Under the pieces are notes generated by a model. That model saw nothing but the letters and a program-made list of their open reading frames with translations. It was not told the origin of the DNA and did no database searches. From contig OX597817.1 in the NCBI GenBank assembly GCA_951406725.2, positions 138,694,001 through 138,758,000 of the forward strand: a stretch of 64,000 nt of DNA. Reading direction: 5' to 3'. Shown here in pieces: positions 27,521 through 44,841 of the stretch (position 1 is the stretch's first letter; every line of letters begins with the position of its first letter). A program made the translations under genes and the position numbers. The stretch is from Octopus vulgaris. Its lineage: Eukaryota.

Positions 27521-28573
27521 TATATGATGCGGTGAATAAACTGTCGTCTAAATTATGCAAAAATGAAAATAACACTGTTGTGTCTGGGGTGAGTCATTTT
27601 CTTTTTGTGCTTTATGATTTAACACACTCACCGGTAAAATTTCCACTTATTTCTTATTTTTATTTTTCTAAAATTTTCGTTGCGTCTTGCAACCTTTTCA
27701 ATAGTCTTCCAAGAACGAAATAAGACAATAACACAGTCATCTAATTTTAACAGATATATTTACCAAAATTACATAAAAATATCTTGAATTACTAAACAGT
27801 AAATTATTTATTCAATAAAATCGCCATTGGCTTCAACCATAGTCTCTGGACGACTTCAGAATCTCCTGCCGCTCTTCTGGACTGTCTCCTTGTTTAAGTT
27901 AGCGAATGCTGCCGTAATCCTTGTCTTCCGTTTATCTTTGGTGTTACAAGGAATTTTGTTGGTCTATCGCTCAACTGCGCCCCTCACATAATAATCAAGG
28001 GGATTGCAGTCTGGGGAGTTAGGTGGCCAGATGTTAGGGATGTTGTAGTCGCAGAAATTGTCTGACAGCCATGACTGGGTTCTTCTGTTTGTGTGACATG
28101 GTGCAGAGTCCTGTTGCCAGACATAGGGTCTTCCAGCAACCACCCTCTTGATCCAGGGCAGCACTACCTCTGTTAGGCACTTGATGTAGGCGTCCGTGAT
28201 AAGTCTGAGGCGGTGTGGGAAGATGAATGGAGGTATAACGTCACCATATCTAGAGATCACTCAAAACACCATGAGGTTGACTGGATGTTTGATTTTTATC
28301 ATTCTTGATACATGTCCTGAGATTCCACAGTCCTCAGATTGACACTCAAACACTCTGAAATGTTCGTATTCGAGCTTCTCGTGTGAATACTAAGCAGTAC
28401 TACATGTCGCTTCCAAATTTCTGGCAGAGTGAATTGTGTCATGGTGCTGTCTTTTTTTCACGGACGGTGCCCAACTGACCCTACCATACTGTGTAGTCGA
28501 CAAAATCAAAAACAATGTGCATGCGCGAAATTAAATATATAAAATGACGATAATTTACCCATCGCAGCTTGAA
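27521..28573 (-). mobile_element. Tc1/mariner DNA transposon remnant, DD37D (maT-type)
   Basis: ORF 27964-28260 has WQQDSAPCH...WPPNSPDCNPLDY with 37 residues between the 2nd and 3rd Asp. Imperfect TIRs at about 27523-27547 and 28546-28572. Confidence 0.8.
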
Positions 28574-28603
28574 TGTATATGTGTGTATGTGTGTATATAT
28601 ATA

Positions 28604-28640
<37 letters not shown>

Positions 28641-28724
28641 TATGGTTGTCGTCAAATCGATTTCGCGTAAGATCCTATTTATACGCCTGAAACCGGTTTG
28701 CCAGCTTCATCTACATTTCTAGAC

Positions 28725-28869
28725 TTTTTGACGGCTCATCATAATTGAAAATAAAAGATATTTTTATGCAGAACTCGGCCGGAATGTGAACGACTGAAGC
28801 ACATTTTTATATTTCAAACGTCTGGCTAAGAAAAATTATATAATTAATTAATGGAGAGCCGTCAAAAAA
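28725..28869. repeat. Small MITE-like inverted repeat
   Basis: TTTTTGACGGCTC at about 28725 and GAGCCGTCAAAAA at about 28856-28868. Confidence 0.4.
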
Positions 28870-29172
28870 GCAAATATACAAATTAAGCAAACCACCATGA
28901 CGATGGTCAAATTTATTTATAGACTGTTTTATATAAGAGGTAAATAATCTATGTTATTAATTCGTGAAGGAAAATGAGAACGTTTTTTCTGATGATCAGT
29001 CAACAAACCGTAAAGCGGTCCGTCAGGAAACTTCGTCTTAATATTTTAATTCATAAAAAATAAAAAGATGAGCGTGTGTATGTATGTATGTATGTATGTA
29101 TGTATGTATGTATGTATGTATGTATGTATGTATGTATGTATGTATGTATGTATGTGTGCGAGCACGTGTTTC

Positions 29173-29208
<36 letters not shown>

Positions 29209-29367
29209 GATATGAGAGGTTTTAGTATCCAGAAGACCCAAAAGACAGGTAAATGCTACGGAAAGACCGCTATTAAGCTTCCGATTCAATAATAGCATGA
29301 GTGAGGAGTCTAAGGCAGGTCGTGAGTGAGCATCTTCTAATTTCTTCGACTGAAGTTCTTTTAACTC

Positions 29368-29415
29368 GTCTCTGATGATGGGATGTCGTTTATATCCCTG
29401 AAACAGCTGTAAGAC
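29368..29415 (+). ncRNA. Type I hammerhead ribozyme motif
   Basis: GTCT-CTGATGA-T-GGGATGT-CGTTT-ATATCCC-T-GAAAC-AGCT-GTA-AGAC, with a palindromic ACAGCTGT stem III. It lies in an element (about 29205-29480) related to 14645-14975. Confidence 0.78.
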
Positions 29416-29480
29416 CATTTCTCTATTTATAAATGTCCTAAGAATACCAAATTGTCTTGGCCTTGTTATCTCATTTTATT

Positions 29481-29537
<57 letters not shown>

Positions 29538-29538
29538 G

Positions 29539-29571
<33 letters not shown>

Positions 29572-29944
29572 CATATCTATATGCAGACATTGTTGTAGCT
29601 CGGGAGGATCATTACGTTCATAATAAACATATACACTTCATTATTGTTCGTCAGTTGATTAGTCATTTAATCAACCAATCAACCGATCGTTTGCTTATTC
29701 AGTTGCTTAAACAACCAATCATTGTTTGTCGAAATCCTTCCTTCGCCATTTGCAACCTCATCAACGACATGTCTTCTCTCTCGGCAACAGAAGGACAACT
29801 GATCGATTGCTTCACCGATCGATTAAGCCAGCGACCGATTAGTTGGTTGGTCAAATAAAGATGTGTAATGACCCAGCCAAGATACAACGATCTTTGTTTC
29901 AACACACGAATTCACACCAAGAACCTAGCAAAGCAGATGCAAAA

Positions 29945-29982
<38 letters not shown>

Positions 29983-30479
29983 GTGTGTGTAAGCTGTTTG
30001 TAGCTGTGTCCTTTTCGCTCTGCTCCTTGATTCGAATGTCTGCCATAATATCCCCATAATTTAAAATAAAATTATCGGTGCGTTGATCAATCCCAGTAAC
30101 ATTCGATATGACCAAATACAAATCTACAACTACTTGGAACCTAAATACTGGTCTGCTACGCCGCCACCGCCGCCATTACTGTTGTAGCCATCACCGCTGT
30201 TGCCGCCTCCGACGTCGTTTTTTGTTATACAGCCTTAAGATCAAAGAGGTTCCAAATATACGATATCTCATTTCCTTATTTCAGACGTTAGTGTGTGATT
30301 TGGAAGATATTTGGCTGCTATTTCTAGCATGTACATCAACCATGTAGAGGCCTTCTTGTTGGCTCGGGTATAAAAGACCATTCGATTTTTTAGATAATCG
30401 GCAGAGTATCTGATTTCAATCTACGTCTTCACATAACAGAAGAGATATAAGAGGAAACAAAATAAACTGCCTTTGTTCG

Positions 30480-30628
30480 CAGGCGCCGCGGCTATGCCGT
30501 ATGAAGCTTGCTTCCCAGTCACGTGGTACCGAGTTCAATCCCACTGCGTGACACCTTAGGCAAATGTCTTGTACTATAGCCTCGAACCGATTAAAGCCTT
30601 ACAGAGGGAAACTAAACGAAGTCCGTCG
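30480..30628 (+). mobile_element. SINE family A, 5' half
   Basis: GAGTTCAATCCCACTGCGTGACACCTTAGGCAAATGTCTT...GAAGTCCGTCG. Confidence 0.75.
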
Positions 30629-30790
30629 TGTGTTTATATATATATATATATATATATAGGACTAGAACTGTTTCATTCAAAAGAAATCATCAGGAAGCTA
30701 GGTGACAAGAATAGTTTTGGCATTTATACATTTAGGCAGGTGTATTGAGTACCTTATTTACTGTGGTTAACCCCGACTCAACCCGGGACC

Positions 30791-30827
<37 letters not shown>

Positions 30828-31432
30828 GAAATATGTTACAAAAAGAAAATATAAAATACGAAATATAAAATACATTACAAAAAGAAAATTATATATAGAG
30901 TAGCTAAGAGATGCCACCACGCTGGAAATAGCAACGAAAAACCACATTAAATGTTCATACACCACTAGTGCTGTATAAACATTTAATGTGATTTTAAAGT
31001 CAAGTTTTGGCTGCTATTTCCAGCGTAGTGGTATCTCTTTGATAGCCTAAATTATAATTTTAATAATAATTATTACCTTTGAAGGTAATTATTCCCATGT
31101 AATTATTCCCATGCCGGCCACTTGATAAGATCGATATTTGAATTAACGATCTTATCCTTATTTATATAAATTTATATATGTATATATATATATAACGTGT
31201 GTGTGTCTTTATAGATTTGTTTTGTAAGAGAATGAAATAGGTAGAGCAAGAGCTCACACGGAGACGGAAAGTATCGCTGGAGGGGTCAAAGATGTGTGCC
31301 GAAGGATTTCCGAACAAAGGACACGAATTAAAATAAGAACAGAAATAAACGAGTGAAGGTGTTTATTTGGCGAAAAAGAAAAAGAAATAATGGCCATCCC
31401 GAAATACAATATATATATATATATATATATAA

Positions 31433-31469
<37 letters not shown>

Positions 31470-31926
31470 AGACACACTTTTGCCTGTATCCTATCAAAGC
31501 TGGTTTCTCCAGCGTTCACCACTTCACCTAGTTATGGCTTAACAGCCCTTACCGTTTGTTTTTTTTTTACTGTTTTGTTCTTACTGTCCTGTTTTTGTTA
31601 CCACTTTAACCCTCCGCAAATCCCAAATTTTATTTAATTTGCTTTGCGGAAACGACTGTTTTAACGAAGTCGCGTCTTGTCCCACCTTTCGTAACGCGGA
31701 GTATATAAAACAAGGGACAACTGATGAAGGGATTTTCTTTATGTTGCCTGCCTCGTTTCTCTATTTGTCTCTTTCCTTGTTCGAAAGAAAAGTTCGTTTT
31801 CCATGTTTTTGCTTTTTTCATGTTCTCGTTTTTCATTTTGTTCAGGTTTTTTTTTGACGTTCTGTAACCATATATGTATGTATATATACATATATATGAG
31901 TGTATATATACATATGTATGTATATA

Positions 31927-31988
<62 letters not shown>

Positions 31989-32944
31989 TTCTGAAAATTA
32001 CTTAATATTGTTTTTAATTATAATGGGGATTTTATCTAAAGTCATTTGAAAAGAGAAATAAATTTGAAAATCTTTTATCGGGATGTTTTTGGAAGAAGTT
32101 TTTTTCCTAGTGTGTGCGAGTGCTTTCGTTTAATCTTTTCAAACACACGTGCTCTTGGTTAAGTGGTGTGTTTACGTTCCAATAACTTAGAGGTTCAGTA
32201 AAAGAGATGATAGGACAAGTATCAGGATTTAATAAACAAACTGGGTCTGATTCACTCGACCAGAAATTCCTCTTTCGTATGATCACCTGGTCCCAGCTTC
32301 GTTCAGCGTAGCCCATTCGGTTGCCTTTCTTCAAGTCTGGTTCCGGATCTAAAGAAAACTGGTATTTCATCTTTGGAGAATTCTTAATTCTTGAAACGAT
32401 TTCCCTTCTCACGTGGAGCTGGCCTTCATTGTTATTCGGTTATTCGGTAACTATGACATATCCGCTGGCGGTGGAGATAGCTTGAATAAATCAAAAATAT
32501 ATGCTGTATGGTATTTGATATACCTGTATTTATCTTTTTACATTCTACTGGTCTTGAAGTGGAGGGGGGATATAGGTCCACGATCTCCACCCTTTATCCG
32601 CTGACTGACACATGAACAAATTTTAAATAAAAATACAAGGAAATTAGGATGGATGCATATTCCATTACAGTAAACGTAAGGAGACACAGCGTTTACGACG
32701 AATTGTATTTGTGAATTCTCAAGACTGACTGGATTTATTGACTACATTTATATATTCTTTATTTTCGATGAAATGAGCAAGAAGCGAGATGTCCTCAGAT
32801 GATAAATGACTTTTTCCAGCAATACAACTGTTGTTGACTGGAACAATATTTATAAGAGTTAGTTTCAAAAACCAGCTGTGCTGCGAAAATAATGGAAATA
32901 GCGAAGAAAACGTTATTATAATAGCGAGAAACAATAAATCCGTG

Positions 32945-32988
<44 letters not shown>

Positions 32989-33035
32989 CACGGATTTATT
33001 GTTTCTCATATTATAATAACGTTTTCTCTCGCTCT

Positions 33036-33125
<90 letters not shown>

Positions 33126-33813
33126 GTATAAGCGTTTAGTGTTGAGGGGGAACCAACTAATAAGCCTGATGATCAATTTAAACTGCTTAAAGTCGATATC
33201 AGGAAATTCCAAGCCTGAAGGAAATCGTAGAGAGCTACTGTTCCGAGAACAGATATTCGTTATGGTATATGATAGCAGATAAGAGATGCTGGGAATAAGG
33301 GTGTCAATGTATAGCCCGTTATCGTCTTCACAAGAGTTGTTATAGCAGCGGTAGAAGAGACTGAGAGGGAACGAAACAACGTGTTGATAAATGTTGTTGT
33401 GAGATTAAGTCGCTTGAATGGTTTCCTTTTCGTAAGAAGTCAAGATGTCTGTGGCTGGAACCAGAACGGTTTGGCAATCTTAGAAATGTAAGTCTGAATG
33501 GAACTCTTAACTGATTTAACTTCGTAAATAAATTAACATATTTTAGCATAAATTTCAATGAAGAAAGGAACCGAACAAATGAGCTTACAATCTCTTTACA
33601 GGTTGTTCAATATCTGCAGTATTTCACCTAATGTGTATATATGTATGTACATTTATCGCTCTCTCTCTCTCGCTCTCTCTCTCTCTTTCTCTCTCTATCA
33701 CTTTCTCTCTCTTTCTCTCCGTCTCCCTGTCTCATTGTCTATCTGTCAGTCTGTCTCTCTGCCTGTCTGTCTGTTCGTCTCTTTCTGCTTGTCTGTCTAT
33801 CTTTCTCTCCCCC

Positions 33814-33884
<71 letters not shown>

Positions 33885-33945
33885 TATGTAGATATATATA
33901 TACACACACATATATATATATGTGTGTAGATATATATATGCACAC

Positions 33946-33993
<48 letters not shown>

Positions 33994-34013
33994 AGATATA
34001 TATATATACACAC

Positions 34014-34056
<43 letters not shown>

Positions 34057-34118
34057 TATCTATATATATATGTGTGTGTGTGTATGTAGATATATACACA
34101 CACACACACATATATATC

Positions 34119-34151
<33 letters not shown>

Positions 34152-34163
34152 AGATATATATAT

Positions 34164-34240
<77 letters not shown>

Positions 34241-34242
34241 AA

Positions 34243-34843
34243 TCCTTAAAAATGTTTTAGCCCGAAGGCCGCGGCCATGCTGGGGCACCACCGCTGAACG
34301 AGCTACACTAATATGTGAATCCACCTCTGGTACGTGGCACTAGATCAACAAGGGAGTTCGATGCTGCTGCCCGCATCTGCGTCTCCTGTCGTGAGGTAGG
34401 TTCATCTGGGACTCCCGACAAGAAGAGATCCAGTTTAGCTTTAAAGAAACCCACATCCACACCATGCAAGTCTCTCAGGCATTTAGGGAGGATGTTAATG
34501 AGCTGTGGTCCTCTGAAACCCAAGCTTTTGCAGTATCTGGTCCTGTATTTTGATAGTGATGTTGGAATCTTTGGCACCATGCGGTTGGGGTAACTTTGAA
34601 TGCCAAAGTTTGGGACAAGATCCTCCAGGATTTTCCAGATGTATATCACTGCATATCTCTCCGGCCTTCGCTCTAGGGAGAAGAGGTTTAATACTTTCAG
34701 TCTTTCCCTGTAGCTGATATTTTGCATTGAGACAATCTTCTTTGTGTAGCTTCTCTGAATTGCTTCGAGTTCTGCTGTTAGTTTTATATTGTGTGGTGAC
34801 CATAGTTAGGAGCAGTAGTCCAAGCGGCTGAGGACGAATGTTT
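34243..34843 (-). mobile_element. CR1/L2-group LINE 3' fragment
   Basis: ORF 34308-34727 ([25 protein letters not shown]), family 3' motif present, flanked by (TA)n on both sides. Confidence 0.9.
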
Positions 34844-34855
34844 TATATATGTATA

Positions 34856-34916
<61 letters not shown>

Positions 34917-34987
34917 ATATGTATGTATATATATATATATATGTATGTATATATGTATGTATATATATATATATGTATGTATATATG

Positions 34988-35028
<41 letters not shown>

Positions 35029-35185
35029 ATATATATATATATGTATGTATATATGTATGTGTATATATATATATGTATGTATGTATATATGTATGTATAT
35101 ATATATATATATATGTATGTATATATGTATGTATATATATATATGTATGTATATATATATGTATATATATATGTATGTATATATA

Positions 35186-35573
35186 TCTCTCTATATATAA
35201 ACGGCAGTTTGTCTGTGCGTGTTTCTGTGTGTCTGTTTTCTCGTACCCTCACCCTGACCACGGCTTTCAACCGATTCTGATGAAACTTGACACACACATA
35301 GCCCAATGTCATAATTCAAAACTAACGCAGCGAAAATTTTGAAAAGTTAACCCCAGTTCTGAAAAAAATCGATAAATTCGACATGGGGTCGAGAATCAAA
35401 AAAAACAAACCACAGACTGTCTAGGGGACGCAACTCAACCTTTTTTTTACTCTCAAAAAAAAATTTACCATAATTTTTTTTCCATTTTGTTGCTATTTTT
35501 TGGCTATAACTCTCTAAAAATGCTTTATAGTTATTTCCTTACAAAACTGAGCAACGCCGGGCGATACTGCTAG
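35186..35573 (+). mobile_element. Non-autonomous Helitron
   Basis: A|TC start (TCTCTCTATATATAAA...GTCTGT repeats...AACCGATTCTGATGAAACTTG), subterminal GC-rich GAGCAACGCCGGG and CTAG|T end. Confidence 0.7.
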
Positions 35574-35633
35574 TATGTATATATATATATATATATAAAT
35601 ATATATATATAAATGTATATATATATATAAATG

Positions 35634-35665
<32 letters not shown>

Positions 35666-35771
35666 AATGTATATATATATATATAAATGTATATATATAT
35701 ATATAAATGTATATATATAAATGTATATATATATATATAAATGTATATATACATATGTATATATATATATG

Positions 35772-35830
<59 letters not shown>

Positions 35831-35873
35831 GTATATATATATATGTATGTATATATATATATGTATGTATATA

Positions 35874-36287
35874 TATTGTTATATTTCGGAATGGTCATAT
35901 TGCCAGTTTAGCCAATAAAAACACACGCACTATATATTTGGTGTTATTTTGCTTCAGTGATATTTATTTTTTACATTAATCTTAATCTTATTTCGGCCAA
36001 AGTTCTTTCATCACACTCCTGTGACCGCATCAGTGGTCCTTTGTTTTCTTCTCACTTACTTGTGTCTCTCCTTACTAACCGTCAGCCATTTTATATATAT
36101 GTATGTATATATATATGTATATATATATATATATATATAAATATATATATATAAATGTATATATATATATAAATGTATATATATATATAAATGTATATAT
36201 ATATATTTATAACGGGAAGCTTTATGAAAATAAACAAAAGACGAAGGCAGGTGGAAAACAAACGAACAATTGTATTAGTATGGCGCT

Positions 36288-36318
<31 letters not shown>

Positions 36319-36550
36319 CATACATATATATAAAATGGCTGACGGTTAGTAAGGAGAGACACAAGTAAGTGAGAAGAAAACAAAGGACCACTGATGCGGT
36401 CACAGGAGTGTGACGAAAGAACTTTGGCCGAAATAAGATTAAGATTAATGTAAAAAATAAATATCACTGAAGCAAAATAACACCAAATATATAGTGCGTG
36501 TGTTTTTATTGGCTAAACTGGCAATATGACCATTCCGAAATATAACAATA
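35874..36550. repeat. About 218-bp inverted duplication of a hammerhead-like element
   Basis: 35874-36092 is the reverse complement of 36332-36550 (one mismatch seen). 36388-36427 reads CCA-CTGATGC-G-GTCACA-GGAG-TGTGAC-GAAAGAACTT-TGG. Confidence 0.85.
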
Positions 36551-36604
36551 TCTGTTTCAACACACGACTTCACATAAAAAATCTTGCACAACAAATATTT
36601 AAAC

Positions 36605-40360
<3,756 letters not shown>

Positions 40361-40466
40361 TATGTATGTATATATATATATATGTATGTATATATATATA
40401 TGTATGTATATATATATATATGTATGTATATATATATATATGTATGTATATATATATATATGTATG

Positions 40467-40497
<31 letters not shown>

Positions 40498-40614
40498 GTA
40501 TGTATATATATATATATGTATGATTGATTGATTGATTGATTGATTCCAGTTCCAGCCTATGAGCTGTGGCCATTGCTGGGGCACCGCCATTTGGTTTTGC
40601 TACTTGGTTTTACT

Positions 40615-43600
40615 TCATGGGGGCTTTCTAGCAACTGCTATTTGGTGCATGAGAGAGTTCGATGCAGCTGCCCTCATCTGCCCCTCCTGCCGTGAAGTTG
40701 GTTCATCTGGGACACCTGATAGGAAGAGATCCAGCTTCATTTTAAAGACATCTGTATCCACCCCATGCAGGTCTCTCAGGTTCTTCGGGAGGATATTGAA
40801 GAGCTGTGGGCCTCGGAAGCCCAGGCTATCACAGAATCTTGTCCTACATCTTGATGGCAGGTTTGGAGTCCTAGGCACCACGCAGTGGCGCCCAGTTCTG
40901 GCATTTGTGTAACTCTCGATGCCAAAGTTCAGGACACTTCCCTCCAGGATCTTCCAGATGTATATTATGGCATATCTTTCCCGCCTACGCTCCAGGGAGT
41001 ATAATTTTAATCTCTTGAGTCTTTCCCAGTAGCTTACATTCTGCATAGAGGCTATCTTCTTTGTGTAGCTTCGTTGGATCGCCTCAAGTTCTGTGATCAA
41101 CTTGACACTGGATGGTGACCATAGCTGAGAGCAATAGTCAAAGTGGCTTAGGACAAGTGTCTTCCAGAGGACCATCATGGTTTCTTGTTCTCTTGTTCTA
41201 AAGGTTCTAAGAATCCAGCCAGCCAGCCGTCTACATTTCACTGTCAGTTTAGCAACATGTACATGAAAGGTCGCGTCATCACTCATGTGAATACCCAGGT
41301 CACGCACTGATTGTGCCTCTGGGATTGCAATCCCTCCGGGTCCAGTGTATTCATTGGGTATTGCATTCAGTTTTGCATGCTGATAGTATAAAGCTTGAAA
41401 CTTTCCAGCATTGAACTGCATGCTATTCTTTTCAGCCCACTTGTATATTTCGTCCAGCTCACATTGCAGGTTTTTAGTGTCCTCAGGGTTCTGTATTGCC
41501 TGTGAAACTTTTGTATCATCTGCATAACTTGTGATCGTGGATCTCTGCGTGGCTGAGGGCATGTCTGAGAGGGCCATTATGAACAGTAGTGGTCCCAAAA
41601 CAGTGCCCTGTGGAACACCACTCATTATTTGCGTGTTAATGGAAGTGGCCCCATTGGCTACTACCACCTGACTTCTATTCTTCAGAAAGTCGTGAAGCCA
41701 TTCTCCTAGTTTTCCAACTATGCCAAGATCACGCAGCCTGTGACATATCATTCCGTGATCGACTTTATCGAAGGCCTTTGCGAAGTCGAGATATATGACT
41801 TCCACATTTGAGTGGTTGAGCAGATGTTTCAGCACCCAGTCATAGTGCTGCAGGAGCTGAGTTAAGCAGCTTCTTCCTGGTCGGAAACCATGTTGGGTGT
41901 CAGGCAGCAAGTCATTTTCTTCAAGGAAGGTGATTAGTTTCCTTCTGACTATTCGTTCCATGACCTTGCTGATGTGTGAGGTCAGAGAGATAGGTCTGTA
42001 GTTCTTTGCCTCCGCTCTGCTACCTCCTTTATGAATAGGGCATATTTTACCTTCCTTCAGTCCCCTTGGAAGTTTGCCAGCTGCAAGGAAGCTCTGAAAG
42101 AGGGACTGCAGTGGTCTTGCTAAGACTCTCTTACATACTTTTAGGAGGATTGCCGGGAATCCATCGGGGCCAGTAGCTGAGTCTATTTTCATTTCATCTA
42201 TAGCCTTTATTACATCGTCTTCCTTTATCTCGATGTAACTTATCGTCGCCGCCTCTGATTCTATATCTGCAGTGGTAAAGAAGTCAGTTGGATTGCTGAT
42301 TTGGAAATGCCCAAGGGGTGGAGTGAAAACACTCTTGAATTGTTCATTCAGTATTTCACTTACCCTCATTGGTTTTCCTGTGAGTGTGCCATCCTTTTCA
42401 AGGAGTGGCCCTATCCTACAGTGCACTGTAGCCGTTTCTTTGGCATACCTGTAGAAAGCTCTGGGGTTAGTTTTTATGTTGTCTATAGCCCAGGCTTCTT
42501 TGTCTGCTCTTTCCTTCTCATGGGAAAGTTGCAGACAATTTTCAATTTCCAACAGTTTTATTTTCAGGCGGGACTTTTCACTACTTTCAATTTGTTTGTT
42601 TAGGCGATTTGAAATTTTTGTACGCCGTCTCATTAAAATTTTCCTCTCTCTGGGGATTTTGTTCTTGTGTACAGTGGCCTTTCTCTCTGGGACACATTTG
42701 TAGCATATGGCTTGCATTACAGACATGAATTGTTGAAGTATCATGTCGATGTCCGGCGAGGAGAGACATTCAGGCCAGTTTTGTTTGAGGATCTCTTTCT
42801 CAATTTGTTTCCAGTTTGCCTTATTGAAGTTCAAGCTGGAAAGATTCTGAGGGTTTCTTGTAGGCTGCATGTCCGTGCTCTCTTTTGGCCCGTACATGGT
42901 CAGCTCTACCATGTTGTGATCCGAGAGTAGTGTCGGTGTCACTTTCACATTATGGATGAGATCCATATTATTTGTGAAGCAGAGATCCAGTGTGTTACCT
43001 GCTCTGGTTGGTTGCAGTATTACTTGCTCCATGTACAGGGTGTTGGTGAGGTTCAGGAGGGACCTCGCCTGTCCACGTTCACATCTTGTCATTCCTGGGA
43101 GAGAAAGGCCCTCGGGCCATCTGACATTCGGTAGATTGAAGTCTCCCATGAGAAGTACACTTATGTGTTGTTCTAATGTGGTTAGAACTTCTTCTATTTT
43201 TAAAAGGCAGTCCTCGAACTTGCCCATATGACTTGGGGCATCTGGAGGGCGATATGTAGCACACACAACTACATCAAGTTGCCTTATGTGTACAATTAGT
43301 GTGTCACACACCGAGTTTGAGTATGACAAAAGGACCTGGGGTGTGAGGTCCCCACGGATGTACATAGCAACTCCTCCATGACTCCTTTCTTTCCTGTCGG
43401 TCCGTAGTACAACATACTGTGGTATGTGTAATTCCGCATCTGCTATGTCCGGTTTCAGATGCGTTTCTGTGAGTGCTATGCATAAGGCTTGATTGCATGC
43501 GACAAAGTCTCTCAGGAACGGGACTTTTGTCCTGTTACTGTGTGTTAGTAAACCTCTGATGTTCAGTAGGAGCATCGAGGTGAGGTGTATGCTGTTGCCG

Positions 43601-43719
43601 GCGTTGTCCACCCTGGGTCCATCTGCTGTGGCGGTCTTGTGAACTGTGGGCAGTTCCATCTGCGAGCCTGAGCCTGATGGAGCCAGGTTAGCTGCTGTAC
43701 AATCTTTTGTGCCATGCAC
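40615..43719 (-). CDS. LINE ORF2: apurinic-like endonuclease plus reverse transcriptase (up to 1034 aa; true start uncertain)
   Basis: APE motifs NIRGL, ALTETHL, GGVA, YRPP, GDFN, TLDL, SDH. RT motifs [41 protein letters not shown]. No stops. Confidence 0.93.
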   Translation of the reverse strand: MHGTKDCTAANLAPSGSGSQMELPTVHKTATADGPRVDNAGNSIHLTSMLLLNIRGLLTHSNRTKVPFLRDFVACNQALCIALTETHLKPDIADAELHIPQYVVLRTDRKERSHGGVAMYIRGDLTPQVLLSYSNSVCDTLIVHIRQLDVVVCATYRPPDAPSHMGKFEDCLLKIEEVLTTLEQHISVLLMGDFNLPNVRWPEGLSLPGMTRCERGQARSLLNLTNTLYMEQVILQPTRAGNTLDLCFTNNMDLIHNVKVTPTLLSDHNMVELTMYGPKESTDMQPTRNPQNLSSLNFNKANWKQIEKEILKQNWPECLSSPDIDMILQQFMSVMQAICYKCVPERKATVHKNKIPRERKILMRRRTKISNRLNKQIESSEKSRLKIKLLEIENCLQLSHEKERADKEAWAIDNIKTNPRAFYRYAKETATVHCRIGPLLEKDGTLTGKPMRVSEILNEQFKSVFTPPLGHFQISNPTDFFTTADIESEAATISYIEIKEDDVIKAIDEMKIDSATGPDGFPAILLKVCKRVLARPLQSLFQSFLAAGKLPRGLKEGKICPIHKGGSRAEAKNYRPISLTSHISKVMERIVRRKLITFLEENDLLPDTQHGFRPGRSCLTQLLQHYDWVLKHLLNHSNVEVIYLDFAKAFDKVDHGMICHRLRDLGIVGKLGEWLHDFLKNRSQVVVANGATSINTQIMSGVPQGTVLGPLLFIMALSDMPSATQRSTITSYADDTKVSQAIQNPEDTKNLQCELDEIYKWAEKNSMQFNAGKFQALYYQHAKLNAIPNEYTGPGGIAIPEAQSVRDLGIHMSDDATFHVHVAKLTVKCRRLAGWILRTFRTREQETMMVLWKTLVLSHFDYCSQLWSPSSVKLITELEAIQRSYTKKIASMQNVSYWERLKRLKLYSLERRRERYAIIYIWKILEGSVLNFGIESYTNARTGRHCVVPRTPNLPSRCRTRFCDSLGFRGPQLFNILPKNLRDLHGVDTDVFKMKLDLFLSGVPDEPTSRQEGQMRAAASNSLMHQIAVARKPP

Positions 43720-43951
43720 AAAAAAGATTCCTGCTCAGCAGCTGCCCTTTCAACAACACGTTGGTGGTTTGTGGTACGCACCACATCTGCGTACCTCCGT
43801 TTTGGGGCAGGTGATGCCTGGTCCATCCCATTTCCTTTCGGTGGTTGGTTTCTGTGGCAGGGTCCCGGATGTGCAAAGCGGCAGCCTGCACCTTCCTCTC
43901 CATGCCGGCAGGCACCTTTCAGGTAGAACCTACATACCCGTGTGCGCTGCT
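43563..43951 (-). CDS. LINE ORF1 C-terminal part with CCCH zinc finger (5'-truncated)
   Basis: [22 protein letters not shown] = C-x7-C-x8-C-x3-H. The frame overlaps the start of ORF2. Confidence 0.6.
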
Positions 43952-44127
43952 TGTATATATATATATATATATATATATGCTGCTTGTATATATATATGTA
44001 TGTATATATATATATATGTATGTATATATATATATGTATGTATATATATATATATGTATGTATATATATATATATGTATGTATATATATATATATGTATG
44101 TATATATATATATATGTATGCATATAT

Positions 44128-44158
<31 letters not shown>

Positions 44159-44159
<1 letters not shown>

Positions 44160-44231
44160 TACGGAGATGTACTCGCATAGCAAGTAATTTGATCTGAGAT
44201 CGTGTGCTGAAACGAAAACAATTGCAGCGTG
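44159..44231. repeat. About 72-bp direct duplicate of 44783-44855 within microsatellite
   Basis: TTACGGAGATGTACTCGCATAGCAAG...CAATTGCAGCGTG occurs twice. Confidence 0.9.
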
Positions 44232-44277
44232 TATATATATATGTATGTATATATATATATGCATGTATATGTATATA

Positions 44278-44382
<105 letters not shown>

Positions 44383-44383
44383 G

Positions 44384-44415
<32 letters not shown>

Positions 44416-44417
44416 TG

Positions 44418-44495
<78 letters not shown>

Positions 44496-44625
44496 ATATA
44501 TATATATGTATGTATATATATATATATGTATGTATATATATATATATGTATGTATATATATATATGTATGTATATATATATGTATGTATATATATATATA
44601 TGTATGTATATATATATGTATGTAT

Positions 44626-44666
<41 letters not shown>

Positions 44667-44741
44667 TATATGTATGTATATATATATATATGTATGTATA
44701 TATATATATGTATGTATATATATATATATGTATGCATATAT

Positions 44742-44783
<42 letters not shown>

Positions 44784-44841
44784 TACGGAGATGTACTCGC
44801 ATAGCAAGTAATTTGATCTGAGATCGTGTGCTGAAACGAAA

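Larger units (their letters stand above)
40521..43951 (-). mobile_element. Young CR1/L2-group LINE with intact ORF2 and the 3' part of ORF1
   Basis: (TGAT)n tail at 40521-40544, intact ORF2, upstream zinc-finger frame, flanked by (TA)n. Confidence 0.96.

Noticed and set aside
30660-33210. Further partial hammerhead-like strings (about 30665-30700, 31711-31790, 32690-32730, 33167-33205)
   Set aside because: Only half the core is present or stems do not pair, so they were not counted.
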